From Escherichia coli (GTDB taxonomy: Bacteria; Pseudomonadota; Gammaproteobacteria; Enterobacterales; Enterobacteriaceae), in assembly GCF_011045215.1 (NCBI RefSeq), contig NZ_CP049201.1: a DNA stretch of 64,000 nt. One strand, given 5' to 3'. Each line of letters starts with the position of its first letter. Positions within the stretch are counted from its first letter, which is position 1. A program made the position numbers and the translations under genes. Of the stretch, positions 35,750-49,653 are shown in pieces. The notes beneath the pieces were generated by a model. The model was not told where the DNA came from. It made no database searches and saw nothing but the letters and a program-made list of their open reading frames with translations.

Positions 35750-36867
35750 GCTTCACTCTCCTGCTGACGATACTGATACCACGCGGCGCACGCTCCTTCG
35801 GAGGAGACCATCAGTGCACCAAATGCGGTTTGAGGATTACAGGTGTTACCAAACAGCGGGCATTGATGCGGCTTACATTTGCCCGTTAATACCTCACCAC
35901 AACGCGCGCGCGGGTCATCGCAGACCTGCTGCGGTGCCGGGCGGAAATGTGCTTCGGCATCGAATCGTTGATAATCCGGCGTCAGGTGCACGCCAGAAGA
36001 TTCAATCACGCCTAAGCCGCGCCATTCGCTGTCGCCGTTGACACAGAACACATCGGCAATCGCCTGTTGCGCCAGCAGGTTACCGGCATCCGGTACCACC
36101 CGACGATACTGATTCTCTACCTTGCTGTGGGCCGCTATTTTCTGCTCCACCAGCATCACCACGCCTTGCAGTAGATCAAGGGGTTCGAAACCAGCGACCA
36201 CCAGCGGACGATGAAAATCGCTGGCGATAAAATTATAGGCATCAGTGCCGATAACCATACTAACGTGGCCCGGCGCGAGGAACGCGTCGATACCGTTATC
36301 CGGCTGTTCCAGCAAACTGCGAAGCGTCGGGATAAGCGTAATGTGCTGGCAGAAGAAGTAAAAATTCTGCACATCACGCGCTTTCGCCTGTTGCAGAGTG
36401 ATAGCGGTGGTCGGCATGGTGGTTTCAAAACCTAAGCCGAAGAACACCACTTTGCGGGTTGGATTCTCCTGCGCCAGTTTCAACGCATCCATCGGCGAGT
36501 AAACGATGCGCACATCGGCACCGCGTGCTTTTGCCTGCAACAGCGATCCCTGTTTCCCCGGCACGCGCATGGCGTCGCCAAAGGTACAGAAGATGACTTC
36601 CGGATGGCTGGCAATCTCCACGCAGGTGTCGATTCTGCCCATCGGCAGTACGCACACCGGGCAACCCGGACCGTGGATAAACTCAACGTTTTCAGGCAGT
36701 AACTGGTCGAGGCCGAATTTAAAAATGGCGTGGGTATGACCACCGCACACTTCCATAATCCGCAGAGGGCGTTCGGCGGTGTAAGAGAGATGTGAAGCAC
36801 GTTCGCGCAGATGCTCAATTAACTGCATCACCTGTTCCGGCGCGCGATATTCATCAACAAAACGCAT
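35746..36867 (-). CDS. hypD: Hydrogenase maturation protein HypD
   Basis: 373 aa; HypD Cys motifs (CGGHTH, GPGCPVC). Confidence 0.95.
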   Translation of the reverse strand: MRFVDEYRAPEQVMQLIEHLRERASHLSYTAERPLRIMEVCGGHTHAIFKFGLDQLLPENVEFIHGPGCPVCVLPMGRIDTCVEIASHPEVIFCTFGDAMRVPGKQGSLLQAKARGADVRIVYSPMDALKLAQENPTRKVVFFGLGFETTMPTTAITLQQAKARDVQNFYFFCQHITLIPTLRSLLEQPDNGIDAFLAPGHVSMVIGTDAYNFIASDFHRPLVVAGFEPLDLLQGVVMLVEQKIAAHSKVENQYRRVVPDAGNLLAQQAIADVFCVNGDSEWRGLGVIESSGVHLTPDYQRFDAEAHFRPAPQQVCDDPRARCGEVLTGKCKPHQCPLFGNTCNPQTAFGALMVSSEGACAAWYQYRQQESEA

Positions 36868-37139
36868 TATTTTTCCTCGCCATACAACAGCGCGCCGACA
36901 TCCGGCTCAACGTCAAACATGTTTTGTAAGGCGTCGAGAGTGTCGCGTGCTTCGGCTTCATTAATTACGCTCATGGCAAAGCCAACGTGTACCAGTACCC
37001 ACTGGCCCACGCGCGGCTGACCGTTTTCATCGCAGCTGCCGACTAACGTTAAATCGACATCGCGCTGAATGCCGCAGACGTCGACTTTCGCCTGGTTGCC
37101 GTCAATGGTGCGGATCTGGCCGGGAACGCCTATGCACAT
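36867..37139 (-). CDS. hypC: Hydrogenase maturation chaperone HypC
   Basis: ORF trimmed to [10 protein letters not shown] (90 aa); start overlaps the 3' end of hypB. Confidence 0.93.
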   Translation of the reverse strand: MCIGVPGQIRTIDGNQAKVDVCGIQRDVDLTLVGSCDENGQPRVGQWVLVHVGFAMSVINEAEARDTLDALQNMFDVEPDVGALLYGEEK

Positions 37140-38002
37140 CGCTGTGTCTCCAGCCAGTTCAGCCACTGGTCCATCCCTTCGCCGCTGGTGGCGGAAATAA
37201 GGATGATTTCAATTTCTGGATTGACTTCGCGGGCGCAGGCGATGCACTTCTCAACGTCAAAGTTGAGATACGGCAACAGGTCAACTTTGTTGAGCAGCAT
37301 CAGCGAGGCGGCGGCAAACATATGCGGATATTTCAGCGGTTTGTCTTCACCTTCGGTAACGGAAAGCACCGCCACTTTGTGTTTTTCACCGAGATCGAAG
37401 CTGGCCGGGCATACGAGGTTGCCAACGTTTTCGATAAACAGAATACCGTTATCGTCCAGTGGCAGGCGCGGTGCGGCGTCGGCAATCATCTGTGCGTCAA
37501 GATGGCAGCCTTTACCGGTGTTCACCTGAATCGCTGGTGTGCCGGTAGCGCGAATGCGTGCGGCATCGTTCACGGTTTGCTGGTCACCTTCAATAACCGC
37601 GCACGGAACGCTGTCTTTCAGGCGCATTAAGGTTTCCGTCAGCAGGGTGGTTTTACCGGAACCAGGGCTGGAAACCAGGTTGAGCACCAGTTGCTTGCGG
37701 GCAGCAAAGCGCGCGCGGTTGCGTTCAGCCAGACGGTTGTTTTTGTCCAGCACGTCAATTTCGACTTCCAGCATCCGGCGCTGGCTCATGCCCGGCGCGT
37801 GAGTGCCCGCTTCGCCATGACCGTAATGCAGGTCGCCTTCTTCAGTCTGGCTGGGGGTAAATTCAGGCGCTTTAATGCCGGTGATTTTCATCTTCGGGCG
37901 TGCCGCCGGGGCAAATGGCGCGCTACGAAACGCGGAATGAGGGTTATGTTCATCACCCTCGATATACAGGTTGCCTTCACCGCAACCGCATGTTGTACAC
38001 AT
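37130..38002 (-). CDS. hypB: Hydrogenase nickel-insertion GTPase HypB
   Basis: 290 aa; N-terminal MCTTCGCG metal site and P-loop GSGKTT. Confidence 0.96.
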   Translation of the reverse strand: MCTTCGCGEGNLYIEGDEHNPHSAFRSAPFAPAARPKMKITGIKAPEFTPSQTEEGDLHYGHGEAGTHAPGMSQRRMLEVEIDVLDKNNRLAERNRARFAARKQLVLNLVSSPGSGKTTLLTETLMRLKDSVPCAVIEGDQQTVNDAARIRATGTPAIQVNTGKGCHLDAQMIADAAPRLPLDDNGILFIENVGNLVCPASFDLGEKHKVAVLSVTEGEDKPLKYPHMFAAASLMLLNKVDLLPYLNFDVEKCIACAREVNPEIEIILISATSGEGMDQWLNWLETQRCA

Positions 38003-38005
38003 CGC

Positions 38006-38356
38006 TCACTCCTGGTCTATTTCTATCCGCCGAATCTGTAAACCGTCGTCTGCCACAATCTGTAGCATGTCACCATGACACTGTGGACAGCGGCGGACGC
38101 GCTGGGTCAGTAGCGTCACATACTGTTGGCATGTTTCACACCAGCATTCGGCCTCTTGTTCTTCGAGGTGCAGTTTACAACCTTCCGCCACGCTGCCGCG
38201 GCAAACCAGATCAAAACAAAAGGCAAGAGAGCTGGTTTCGACACAAGAAAATGCGCCAATTTTGAGCCAGACCCCAGTTACGCGTTTTGCGCCGTGTTTT
38301 GCGGCCTGCTGTTCGATCAATTCCAGTGCCCGTTGGCAGAGGGTTATTTCGTGCAT
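38006..38356 (-). CDS. hypA: Hydrogenase nickel-incorporation protein HypA
   Basis: ORF trimmed to MHEITLCQRAL (116 aa); zinc-site CxxC...CxxC. Confidence 0.95.
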   Translation of the reverse strand: MHEITLCQRALELIEQQAAKHGAKRVTGVWLKIGAFSCVETSSLAFCFDLVCRGSVAEGCKLHLEEQEAECWCETCQQYVTLLTQRVRRCPQCHGDMLQIVADDGLQIRRIEIDQE

Positions 38357-38385
38357 ATCGCCTCCCATTAACTATTGCCAGCTAC

Positions 38386-38403
38386 AAGCAATAATTGTGC
38401 CAG
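38386..38403 (-). promoter_or_regulatory. Candidate sigma54 promoter for the hyp operon
   Basis: Minus-strand TGGCAC-N6-TGCT (GG-N10-GC spacing) about 30 nt upstream of the hypA start. Confidence 0.5.
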
Positions 38404-38515
38404 TGTTGATTATCCCTGCAGTGAATAATGTCGATGATGTCGAAATGACACGTCGACACGGCGACGAAATTCACCAAAATCTTAAAAATCGCTTTAATAA
38501 CAATAAATTAAAAGT

Positions 38516-38531
38516 TGGCACAAAAAATGCT
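38516..38531 (+). promoter_or_regulatory. Candidate sigma54 promoter for the hyc operon
   Basis: TGGCAC-N6-TGC with GG-N10-GC spacing, about 40 nt upstream of the hycA start. Confidence 0.5.
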
Positions 38532-38567
38532 TAAAGCTGGCATCTCTGTTAAACGGGTAACCTGACA

Positions 38568-39029
38568 ATGACTATTTGGGAAATAAGCGAGAAAGCCGAT
38601 TACATCGCACAGCGGCATCGTCGCCTACAGGACCAGTGGCACATCTACTGCAATTCGCTGGTTCAGGGGATCACGTTATCGAAAGCGCGCCTGCATCACG
38701 CCATGAGCTGCGCGCCGGACAAAGAACTCTGTTTCGTCCTTTTTGAACATTTTCGTATTTACGTCACCCTGGCGGATGGCTTTAACAGCCACACCATCGA
38801 GTATTACGTCGAAACAAAAGATGGCGAAGACAAACAGCGGATTGCGCAGGCGCAACTGAGCATTGACGGCATGATTGATGGCAAGGTCAACATCCGCGAT
38901 CGCGAACAGGTTCTGGAACACTATCTCGAAAAAATCGCTGGCGTTTACGACAGCTTATACACCGCCATTGAAAACAATGTGCCGGTGAATTTAAGCCAAC
39001 TGGTAAAGGGACAAAGCCCGGCAGCATGA
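38568..39029 (+). CDS. hycA: Formate hydrogenlyase regulatory protein HycA
   Basis: 153 aa; first gene of the hyc operon, divergent from hypA. Confidence 0.93.
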   Translation: MTIWEISEKADYIAQRHRRLQDQWHIYCNSLVQGITLSKARLHHAMSCAPDKELCFVLFEHFRIYVTLADGFNSHTIEYYVETKDGEDKQRIAQAQLSIDGMIDGKVNIRDREQVLEHYLEKIAGVYDSLYTAIENNVPVNLSQLVKGQSPAA

Positions 39030-39153
39030 GCTGAGGCTTTGCCCGTTTTGCAGGCGTTACGCCTGTTTGGGGATGGGCGTGTCGATGAGTGTCGAAAATG
39101 ACATTTCATCGGCATGTTTTCGTCAAAAATGACAATCACCTGAGGAATGCCTG

Positions 39154-39765
39154 GTGAATCGTTTTGTAATTGCTGACTCCACGCTCTGTATCGGCTGCCA
39201 CACTTGTGAGGCCGCCTGTTCAGAGACGCATCGCCAGCACGGCCTGCAATCAATGCCGCGCCTGAGAGTGATGCTAAATGAAAAAGAATCTGCGCCGCAG
39301 CTCTGTCACCACTGTGAAGATGCACCCTGCGCGGTGGTCTGCCCGGTTAACGCCATCACCCGCGTTGATGGGGCCGTGCAGTTGAATGAAAGTCTGTGCG
39401 TAAGCTGCAAACTGTGCGGCATCGCCTGCCCGTTTGGCGCAATCGAATTTTCCGGCAGCCGTCCGCTGGATATTCCGGCAAACGCCAATACCCCGAAAGC
39501 GCCACCGGCACCGCCTGCTCCGGCGCGTGTCAGCACATTGCTTGACTGGGTGCCAGGTATTCGCGCGATCGCCGTCAAATGTGACCTTTGTAGCTTTGAT
39601 GAACAAGGTCCGGCCTGCGTGCGGATGTGCCCGACTAAAGCCCTGCATCTGGTGGATAACACCGATATCGCCCGCGTCAGCAAACGTAAGCGTGAGCTGA
39701 CCTTTAACACGGACTTTGGCGATCTCACCTTGTTTCAGCAGGCTCAAAGTGGAGAGGCTAAATGA
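39154..39765 (+). CDS. hycB: Formate hydrogenlyase subunit 2 (4Fe-4S ferredoxin)
   Basis: 203 aa; multiple CxxCxxCxxxCP clusters. Confidence 0.95.
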   Translation: MNRFVIADSTLCIGCHTCEAACSETHRQHGLQSMPRLRVMLNEKESAPQLCHHCEDAPCAVVCPVNAITRVDGAVQLNESLCVSCKLCGIACPFGAIEFSGSRPLDIPANANTPKAPPAPPAPARVSTLLDWVPGIRAIAVKCDLCSFDEQGPACVRMCPTKALHLVDNTDIARVSKRKRELTFNTDFGDLTLFQQAQSGEAK

Positions 39766-41588
39766 GCGCAATTTCCCTGATCAATAGCGGCGTGGCGTGG
39801 TTTGTCGCCGCCGCTGTTCTGGCATTTCTCTTTTCTTTTCAAAAGGCGCTAAGCGGCTGGATAGCCGGAATTGGCGGCGCGGTTGGTAGTCTGTATACGG
39901 CAGCCGCGGGCTTCACTGTACTGACTGGCGCGGTTGGCGTGAGCGGTGCGCTGTCGCTGGTAAGCTACGATGTGCAAATCTCTCCGCTTAACGCGATTTG
40001 GCTGATTACGCTCGGTCTGTGCGGTCTGTTTGTCAGCCTCTACAACATTGACTGGCATCGCCACGCGCAGGTGAAGTGCAACGGCTTGCAGATCAATATG
40101 TTGATGGCTGCCGCCGTCTGCGCCGTCATTGCCAGCAACCTCGGCATGTTCGTGGTAATGGCCGAAGTCATGGCCTTGTGTGCGGTGTTCCTCACCAACA
40201 ACAGCAAAGAGGGCAAACTGTGGTTTGCGCTGGGGCGTCTTGGCACTCTGCTGCTGGCGATTGCTTGCTGGCTGCTGTGGCAGCGTTACGGCACGCTGGA
40301 TCTGCGCCTGCTGGATATGCGTATGCAACAGCTGCCGCTCGGTTCCGATATCTGGCTGCTCGGTGTGATTGGCTTTGGCCTGCTGGCCGGGATTATTCCG
40401 CTGCACGGCTGGGTGCCGCAGGCACATGCGAACGCCTCTGCGCCAGCTGCCGCGTTGTTTTCTACGGTAGTCATGAAAATTGGCCTACTGGGCATTTTAA
40501 CCCTGTCACTGCTGGGCGGTAATGCACCGCTGTGGTGGGGGATCGCGCTGCTGGTGCTCGGCATGATCACCGCGTTCGTCGGTGGTCTGTATGCGTTGAT
40601 GGAACACAACATCCAGCGCCTGCTGGCTTACCACACCCTGGAAAATATCGGCATTATCCTGCTGGGGCTGGGCGCTGGCGTAACGGGTATCGCGCTCGAA
40701 CAACCGGCGCTGATTGCCCTTGGTCTGGTCGGTGGTCTGTACCATCTGCTTAACCATAGCCTGTTCAAAAGCGTACTGTTCCTCGGGGCGGGGAGCGTCT
40801 GGTTCCGTACCGGTCATCGCGATATCGAAAAACTCGGTGGTATTGGCAAGAAAATGCCGGTTATCTCCATCGCCATGTTAGTCGGGCTGATGGCAATGGC
40901 TGCGCTGCCACCACTGAACGGTTTTGCCGGGGAATGGGTTATCTATCAATCCTTTTTCAAACTGAGCAATAGTGGCGCGTTTGTTGCCCGTCTGCTGGGG
41001 CCGCTGCTCGCTGTGGGTCTGGCAATTACCGGTGCGCTGGCGGTGATGTGTATGGCGAAAGTCTATGGCGTCACGTTCCTCGGCGCGCCGCGTACCAAAG
41101 AAGCCGAAAACGCCACCTGTGCGCCGCTCCTGATGAGCGTAAGCGTAGTGGCACTGGCGATTTGCTGCGTAATTGGCGGTGTTGCTGCGCCGTGGCTGCT
41201 GCCGATGCTGTCTGCTGCTGTACCTCTGCCGCTGGAGCCTGCTAACACCACCGTTTCTCAACCGATGATCACGTTGCTGCTGATTGCCTGCCCGCTGCTG
41301 CCATTCATCATTATGGCGATTTGCAAAGGCGATCGTTTGCCATCGCGTTCCCGCGGTGCGGCCTGGGTGTGCGGTTACGACCACGAAAAATCAATGGTGA
41401 TTACCGCTCACGGTTTTGCCATGCCGGTGAAACAGGCGTTTGCGCCGGTGCTGAAACTGCGCAAATGGCTGAATCCGGTGTCGCTGGTGCCGGGCTGGCA
41501 GTGCGAGGGGAGTGCGTTGCTGTTCCGCCGGATGGCGCTGGTTGAACTGGCGGTACTGGTGGTGATTATTGTTTCACGAGGAGCCTGA
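39762..41588 (+). CDS. hycC: Formate hydrogenlyase subunit 3 (membrane antiporter-like)
   Basis: 608 aa polytopic membrane protein. Confidence 0.95.
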   Translation: MSAISLINSGVAWFVAAAVLAFLFSFQKALSGWIAGIGGAVGSLYTAAAGFTVLTGAVGVSGALSLVSYDVQISPLNAIWLITLGLCGLFVSLYNIDWHRHAQVKCNGLQINMLMAAAVCAVIASNLGMFVVMAEVMALCAVFLTNNSKEGKLWFALGRLGTLLLAIACWLLWQRYGTLDLRLLDMRMQQLPLGSDIWLLGVIGFGLLAGIIPLHGWVPQAHANASAPAAALFSTVVMKIGLLGILTLSLLGGNAPLWWGIALLVLGMITAFVGGLYALMEHNIQRLLAYHTLENIGIILLGLGAGVTGIALEQPALIALGLVGGLYHLLNHSLFKSVLFLGAGSVWFRTGHRDIEKLGGIGKKMPVISIAMLVGLMAMAALPPLNGFAGEWVIYQSFFKLSNSGAFVARLLGPLLAVGLAITGALAVMCMAKVYGVTFLGAPRTKEAENATCAPLLMSVSVVALAICCVIGGVAAPWLLPMLSAAVPLPLEPANTTVSQPMITLLLIACPLLPFIIMAICKGDRLPSRSRGAAWVCGYDHEKSMVITAHGFAMPVKQAFAPVLKLRKWLNPVSLVPGWQCEGSALLFRRMALVELAVLVVIIVSRGA

Positions 41589-41590
41589 GA

Positions 41591-42514
41591 ATGAGTGTTT
41601 TATATCCGTTAATTCAGGCGCTGGTGTTATTTGCCGTTGCGCCGCTGCTCTCCGGTATAACCCGCGTGGCGCGCGCCCGCTTGCATAACCGTCGCGGGCC
41701 GGGCGTGTTGCAGGAGTATCGCGACATTATCAAACTGCTGGGGCGTCAGAGCGTTGGCCCGGATGCCTCCGGCTGGGTGTTCCGCCTGACGCCGTATGTG
41801 ATGGTGGGCGTCATGCTGACTATCGCTACTGCGCTGCCGGTGGTGACCGTCGGTTCTCCGCTGCCGCAACTGGGCGATTTGATCACCTTACTGTATCTCT
41901 TTGCCATCGCGCGTTTCTTCTTTGCCATTTCCGGTCTGGATACCGGTAGCCCGTTTACTGCTATCGGCGCGAGCCGTGAAGCGATGCTTGGCGTGTTGGT
42001 CGAACCGATGCTGCTGCTTGGTCTGTGGGTTGCCGCACAGGTTGCCGGTTCCACCAACATCAGCAACATCACCGACACCGTTTATCACTGGCCGCTGAGC
42101 CAGAGCATCCCGCTGGTACTGGCGCTTTGTGCCTGTGCGTTCGCCACCTTTATCGAAATGGGCAAACTGCCGTTCGACCTGGCGGAAGCTGAGCAGGAGT
42201 TGCAGGAAGGTCCGCTCTCTGAGTACAGCGGCAGCGGCTTTGGCGTCATGAAATGGGGTATCAGCCTGAAACAGCTGGTGGTGCTGCAGATGTTCGTCGG
42301 CGTATTTATCCCGTGGGGACAGATGGAAACCTTCACCGCCGGTGGGTTGCTGCTGGCGCTGGTGATTGCCATCGTCAAACTGGTCGTCGGCGTCCTGGTT
42401 ATCGCGCTGTTCGAAAACAGCATGGCCCGTCTGCGTCTTGATATTACTCCGCGCATTACCTGGGCTGGGTTTGGCTTTGCATTTTTAGCGTTCGTCTCCT
42501 TGCTGGCGGCGTGA
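41591..42514 (+). CDS. hycD: Formate hydrogenlyase subunit 4 (membrane)
   Basis: 307 aa NuoH-like membrane protein. Confidence 0.95.
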   Translation: MSVLYPLIQALVLFAVAPLLSGITRVARARLHNRRGPGVLQEYRDIIKLLGRQSVGPDASGWVFRLTPYVMVGVMLTIATALPVVTVGSPLPQLGDLITLLYLFAIARFFFAISGLDTGSPFTAIGASREAMLGVLVEPMLLLGLWVAAQVAGSTNISNITDTVYHWPLSQSIPLVLALCACAFATFIEMGKLPFDLAEAEQELQEGPLSEYSGSGFGVMKWGISLKQLVVLQMFVGVFIPWGQMETFTAGGLLLALVIAIVKLVVGVLVIALFENSMARLRLDITPRITWAGFGFAFLAFVSLLAA

Positions 42515-42531
42515 TTAAAGAGAGTTTGAGC

Positions 42532-44241
42532 ATGTCTGAAGAAAAATTAGGTCAACATTATCTCGCCGCGCTGAATGAGGCATTTCCGGGCGTCGTGCTG
42601 GACCACGCCTGGCAGACCAAAGATCAGCTGACTGTCACCGTAAAGGTGAACTATCTGCCGGAAGTGGTGGAGTTTCTCTACTACAAGCAGGGGGGCTGGC
42701 TGTCGGTGCTTTTTGGTAACGACGAACGCAAACTGAATGGTCATTACGCCGTTTATTACGTGCTGTCGATGGAGAAGGGGACTAAGTGCTGGGTAACGGT
42801 TCGCGTCGAAGTTGATGCCAACAAACCGGAGTATCCGTCCGTGACGCCGCGCGTTCCGGCGGCGGTGTGGGGCGAGCGCGAAGTGCGCGATATGTACGGA
42901 TTGATTCCGGTTGGTCTGCCGGATGAACGCCGTCTGGTGCTGCCGGATGACTGGCCGGATGAACTTTATCCGCTGCGTAAAGACAGCATGGATTATCGTC
43001 AGCGTCCGGCACCGACCACCGATGCTGAAACCTACGAGTTCATCAACGAACTGGGCGACAAGAAAAACAACGTCGTGCCGATTGGTCCGCTGCACGTCAC
43101 TTCTGACGAACCGGGCCACTTCCGTCTGTTCGTCGATGGCGAAAACATTATCGACGCCGACTACCGCCTGTTCTATGTCCATCGCGGCATGGAAAAACTG
43201 GCGGAAACCCGCATGGGTTATAACGAAGTGACCTTCCTCTCTGACCGTGTGTGCGGGATCTGCGGCTTTGCTCACAGCACCGCCTACACCACGTCGGTGG
43301 AAAACGCGATGGGTATTCAGGTGCCAGAACGTGCGCAGATGATCCGCGCCATTCTGCTGGAGGTGGAACGCCTGCACTCGCATCTGCTCAACCTCGGCCT
43401 CGCCTGCCACTTTACCGGCTTCGACTCCGGCTTTATGCAGTTCTTCCGCGTGCGTGAAACCTCCATGAAAATGGCAGAGATCCTTACCGGTGCGCGTAAA
43501 ACCTACGGCCTGAACCTGATCGGCGGGATTCGTCGCGATCTGCTGAAAGATGACATGATCCAGACCCGCCAGCTGGCGCAACAGATGCGTCGTGAAGTGC
43601 AGGAGCTGGTGGATGTGCTGCTGAGCACACCGAACATGGAACAACGCACCGTCGGCATTGGTCGTCTGGACCCGGAAATCGCCCGCGATTTCAGTAACGT
43701 TGGCCCGATGGTTCGCGCCAGCGGTCACGCCCGCGATACTCGCGCCGATCACCCGTTTGTTGGTTATGGCCTGCTGCCAATGGAAGTCCACAGCGAGCAG
43801 GGCTGCGACGTGATTTCCCGTCTGAAAGTGCGTATCAACGAAGTCTATACCGCGCTGAACATGATCGACTACGGTCTGGATAACCTGCCGGGCGGCCCGC
43901 TGATGGTGGAAGGCTTTACCTACATTCCGCACCGCTTTGCGCTGGGCTTTGCCGAAGCGCCGCGCGGCGATGATATCCACTGGAGCATGACCGGCGACAA
44001 CCAGAAGCTGTACCGCTGGCGCTGCCGTGCCGCGACCTACGCGAACTGGCCGACCCTGCGCTACATGCTGCGCGGCAACACCGTTTCCGATGCGCCGCTG
44101 ATTATCGGTAGCCTGGACCCTTGCTACTCCTGTACCGACCGCATGACCGTAGTCGATGTACGTAAGAAGAAGAGCAAAGTGGTGCCGTACAAAGAACTCG
44201 AGCGCTACAGCATTGAGCGTAAAAACTCGCCGCTGAAATAA
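42532..44241 (+). CDS. hycE: Hydrogenase 3 large subunit
   Basis: ORF trimmed to MSEEKLGQHYL (569 aa); [NiFe] ligands (RVCGICGFAH; C-terminal DPCYSCTDR). Confidence 0.96.
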   Translation: MSEEKLGQHYLAALNEAFPGVVLDHAWQTKDQLTVTVKVNYLPEVVEFLYYKQGGWLSVLFGNDERKLNGHYAVYYVLSMEKGTKCWVTVRVEVDANKPEYPSVTPRVPAAVWGEREVRDMYGLIPVGLPDERRLVLPDDWPDELYPLRKDSMDYRQRPAPTTDAETYEFINELGDKKNNVVPIGPLHVTSDEPGHFRLFVDGENIIDADYRLFYVHRGMEKLAETRMGYNEVTFLSDRVCGICGFAHSTAYTTSVENAMGIQVPERAQMIRAILLEVERLHSHLLNLGLACHFTGFDSGFMQFFRVRETSMKMAEILTGARKTYGLNLIGGIRRDLLKDDMIQTRQLAQQMRREVQELVDVLLSTPNMEQRTVGIGRLDPEIARDFSNVGPMVRASGHARDTRADHPFVGYGLLPMEVHSEQGCDVISRLKVRINEVYTALNMIDYGLDNLPGGPLMVEGFTYIPHRFALGFAEAPRGDDIHWSMTGDNQKLYRWRCRAATYANWPTLRYMLRGNTVSDAPLIIGSLDPCYSCTDRMTVVDVRKKKSKVVPYKELERYSIERKNSPLK

Positions 44242-44250
44242 GGAATCGCC

Positions 44251-44793
44251 ATGTTTACCTTTATCAAAAAAGTCATCAAAACCGGCACGGCGACCTCGTC
44301 TTATCCGCTGGAGCCGATTGCGGTTGATAAAAACTTCCGTGGTAAGCCAGAGCAGAACCCGCAGCAGTGCATCGGCTGCGCGGCCTGCGTCAATGCCTGC
44401 CCGTCAAACGCCTTAACGGTTGAAACTGACCTCGCCACAGGAGAGCTTGCGTGGGAGTTTAATCTCGGGCGTTGCATCTTCTGTGGACGCTGCGAAGAAG
44501 TTTGCCCGACGGCGGCGATCAAACTGTCGCAAGAGTACGAACTGGCGGTGTGGAAGAAAGAAGACTTCCTGCAACAGTCCCGCTTCGCGCTGTGTAACTG
44601 CCGCGTCTGCAATCGTCCTTTCGCCGTTCAGAAAGAGATCGACTACGCCATTGCGCTGCTTAAGCACAACGGCGACAGCCGCGCGGAAAACCACCGCGAA
44701 AGCTTTGAGACTTGCCCGGAATGTAAGCGCCAGAAATGCCTGGTGCCGTCCGACCGTATTGAACTGACTCGCCATATGAAAGAGGCCATCTGA
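44251..44793 (+). CDS. hycF: Formate hydrogenlyase subunit 6 (ferredoxin)
   Basis: 180 aa; 4Fe-4S motifs. Confidence 0.95.
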   Translation: MFTFIKKVIKTGTATSSYPLEPIAVDKNFRGKPEQNPQQCIGCAACVNACPSNALTVETDLATGELAWEFNLGRCIFCGRCEEVCPTAAIKLSQEYELAVWKKEDFLQQSRFALCNCRVCNRPFAVQKEIDYAIALLKHNGDSRAENHRESFETCPECKRQKCLVPSDRIELTRHMKEAI

Positions 44794-45560
44794 TGAGCAA
44801 TTTATTAGGCCCCCGTGACGCCAACGGCATTCCGGTCCCGATGACGGTGGATGAATCCATCGCCAGTATGAAGGCGTCGTTACTGAAAAAAATCAAACGC
44901 TCTGCCTACGTTTACCGCGTGGACTGCGGCGGCTGCAATGGCTGCGAAATCGAAATTTTTGCCACGCTTTCGCCGCTGTTTGATGCAGAACGCTTCGGCA
45001 TTAAAGTCGTTCCTTCACCGCGTCATGCGGATATTTTACTGTTTACCGGCGCGGTCACCCGTGCAATGCGATCCCCTGCGCTGCGTGCGTGGCAGTCCGC
45101 GCCGGACCCGAAAATTTGTATCTCCTACGGTGCCTGCGGTAACAGCGGCGGGATCTTCCACGATCTCTACTGCGTGTGGGGCGGTACGGATAAAATCGTC
45201 CCGGTGGATGTTTATATCCCTGGCTGCCCGCCAACGCCTGCCGCCACGCTGTACGGCTTTGCAATGGCGCTCGGCCTGCTGGAGCAGAAAATTCACGCCC
45301 GTGGGCCGGGTGAGCAGGATGAACAACCGGCGGAGATCCTGCATGGCGATATGGTGCAGCCGCTGCGTGTGAAAGTGGATCGCGAAGCACGTCGACTGGC
45401 GGGTTATCGTTACGGTCGTCAGATTGCCGATGATTACCTTACACAGTTAGGGCAGGGCGAAGAACAGGTTGCACGCTGGCTGGAAGCGGAAAACGATCCG
45501 CGTCTGAACGAGATTGTCAGCCATCTGAATCATGTTGTTGAAGAGGCGCGTATCCGATGA
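44793..45560 (+). CDS. hycG: Hydrogenase 3 small subunit
   Basis: 255 aa; NuoB-like small subunit. Confidence 0.95.
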   Translation: MSNLLGPRDANGIPVPMTVDESIASMKASLLKKIKRSAYVYRVDCGGCNGCEIEIFATLSPLFDAERFGIKVVPSPRHADILLFTGAVTRAMRSPALRAWQSAPDPKICISYGACGNSGGIFHDLYCVWGGTDKIVPVDVYIPGCPPTPAATLYGFAMALGLLEQKIHARGPGEQDEQPAEILHGDMVQPLRVKVDREARRLAGYRYGRQIADDYLTQLGQGEEQVARWLEAENDPRLNEIVSHLNHVVEEARIR

Positions 45561-45967
45561 GTGAAAAGGTGGTGTTCAGTCAACTGAGCCGTAAATTTAT
45601 TGATGAGAACGATGCCACGCCCGCCGAGGCGCAGCAGGTGGTCTATTACAGCCTGGCGATTGGTCACCACCTTGGGGTTATCGATTGCCTGGAAGCGGCG
45701 CTCACCTGCCCGTGGGATGAATATCTGGCATGGATTGCCACTCTGGAGGCGGGCAGCGAAGCCCGCCGCAAAATGGAAGGTGTGCCGAAATATGGTGAGA
45801 TCGTCATCGACATTAACCATGTGCCGATGCTGGCCAACGCATTCGATAAAGCCCGGGCAGCGCAAACTTCGCAGCAGCAGGAATGGAGTACAATGCTGTT
45901 AAGTATGCTGCATGATATTCATCAGGAAAACGCCATCTATTTGTTGGTGAGGAGACTGCGTGACTGA
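45557..45967 (+). CDS. hycH: Formate hydrogenlyase maturation protein HycH
   Basis: 136 aa; position in operon. Confidence 0.92.
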   Translation: MSEKVVFSQLSRKFIDENDATPAEAQQVVYYSLAIGHHLGVIDCLEAALTCPWDEYLAWIATLEAGSEARRKMEGVPKYGEIVIDINHVPMLANAFDKARAAQTSQQQEWSTMLLSMLHDIHQENAIYLLVRRLRD

Positions 45968-46430
45968 CGTTTTACTCTGTGTTGGCAATAGCATGATGGG
46001 CGATGATGGCGCAGGTCCGCTGCTGGCGGAAAAGTGCGCCGCCGCGCCGAAAGGCAACTGGGTGGTGATTGACGGCGGTAGCGCACCGGAAAACGACATT
46101 GTCGCTATCCGCGAACTGCGCCCGACACGGCTGCTGATTGTCGACGCCACGGATATGGGGCTAAACCCCGGCGAGATCCGCATCATCGACCCGGATGACA
46201 TCGCCGAGATGTTTATGATGACTACCCATAACATGCCGTTGAACTACCTTATCGATCAGTTGAAAGAAGATATTGGCGAAGTGATTTTCCTCGGCATCCA
46301 GCCGGATATCGTCGGCTTTTACTACCCGATGACCCAGCCGATTAAAGATGCGGTTGAAACCGTTTATCAACGTCTGGAAGGCTGGGAAGGGAACGGCGGT
46401 TTCGCGCAGTTAGCGGTGGAAGAAGAGTAG
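45960..46430 (+). CDS. hycI: Hydrogenase 3 maturation endopeptidase
   Basis: 156 aa; HycI/HybD protease family. Confidence 0.95.
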   Translation: MTDVLLCVGNSMMGDDGAGPLLAEKCAAAPKGNWVVIDGGSAPENDIVAIRELRPTRLLIVDATDMGLNPGEIRIIDPDDIAEMFMMTTHNMPLNYLIDQLKEDIGEVIFLGIQPDIVGFYYPMTQPIKDAVETVYQRLEGWEGNGGFAQLAVEEE

Positions 46431-46500
46431 TTTTTCAATAAGGAATCAGGACAGGGATGTTCTTGATGGGGTGAACCAGCTCTGATGCCAAATGCTAAAT

Positions 46501-46582
46501 TGCCCGATGCGCTGCGCTTATCGGGCTTTCCTGGTTCGTGCGACATGTAGGCCGGATAAGGCGTTCACGCCGCATCCGGCAC
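46501..46582. repeat. REP/BIME elements between hycI and ascB
   Basis: Two REP-like palindromes (tgcccgatgcgctgcgcttatcgggc; gtaggccggataaggcgttcacgccgcatccggcac). Confidence 0.7.
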
Positions 46583-46588
46583 TGTTAC

Positions 46589-49479
<2,891 letters not shown>

Positions 49480-49564
49480 CGGATTTTATCCTGTTATCAG
49501 TAGGGTAGATGTAGTTGTTATCAGTCGACGTGACGGAAAAATGCCGATGCTGAAACGGAATTAA

Positions 49565-49653
49565 GAAACCGGTTTCACAAAATCATGAATAGTTGTCACC
49601 AAATAAGCAAGAGAGTTAATTGTTCATTTTTTATATTTGTGAAACCGGTCACC
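49565..49653. promoter_or_regulatory. ascG/ascFB divergent control region with two LacI/GalR-type operator palindromes
   Basis: gaaaccggtttc (49565-49576) and tgtgaaaccggtcacc (49638-49653), the second an imperfect copy. Confidence 0.6.
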
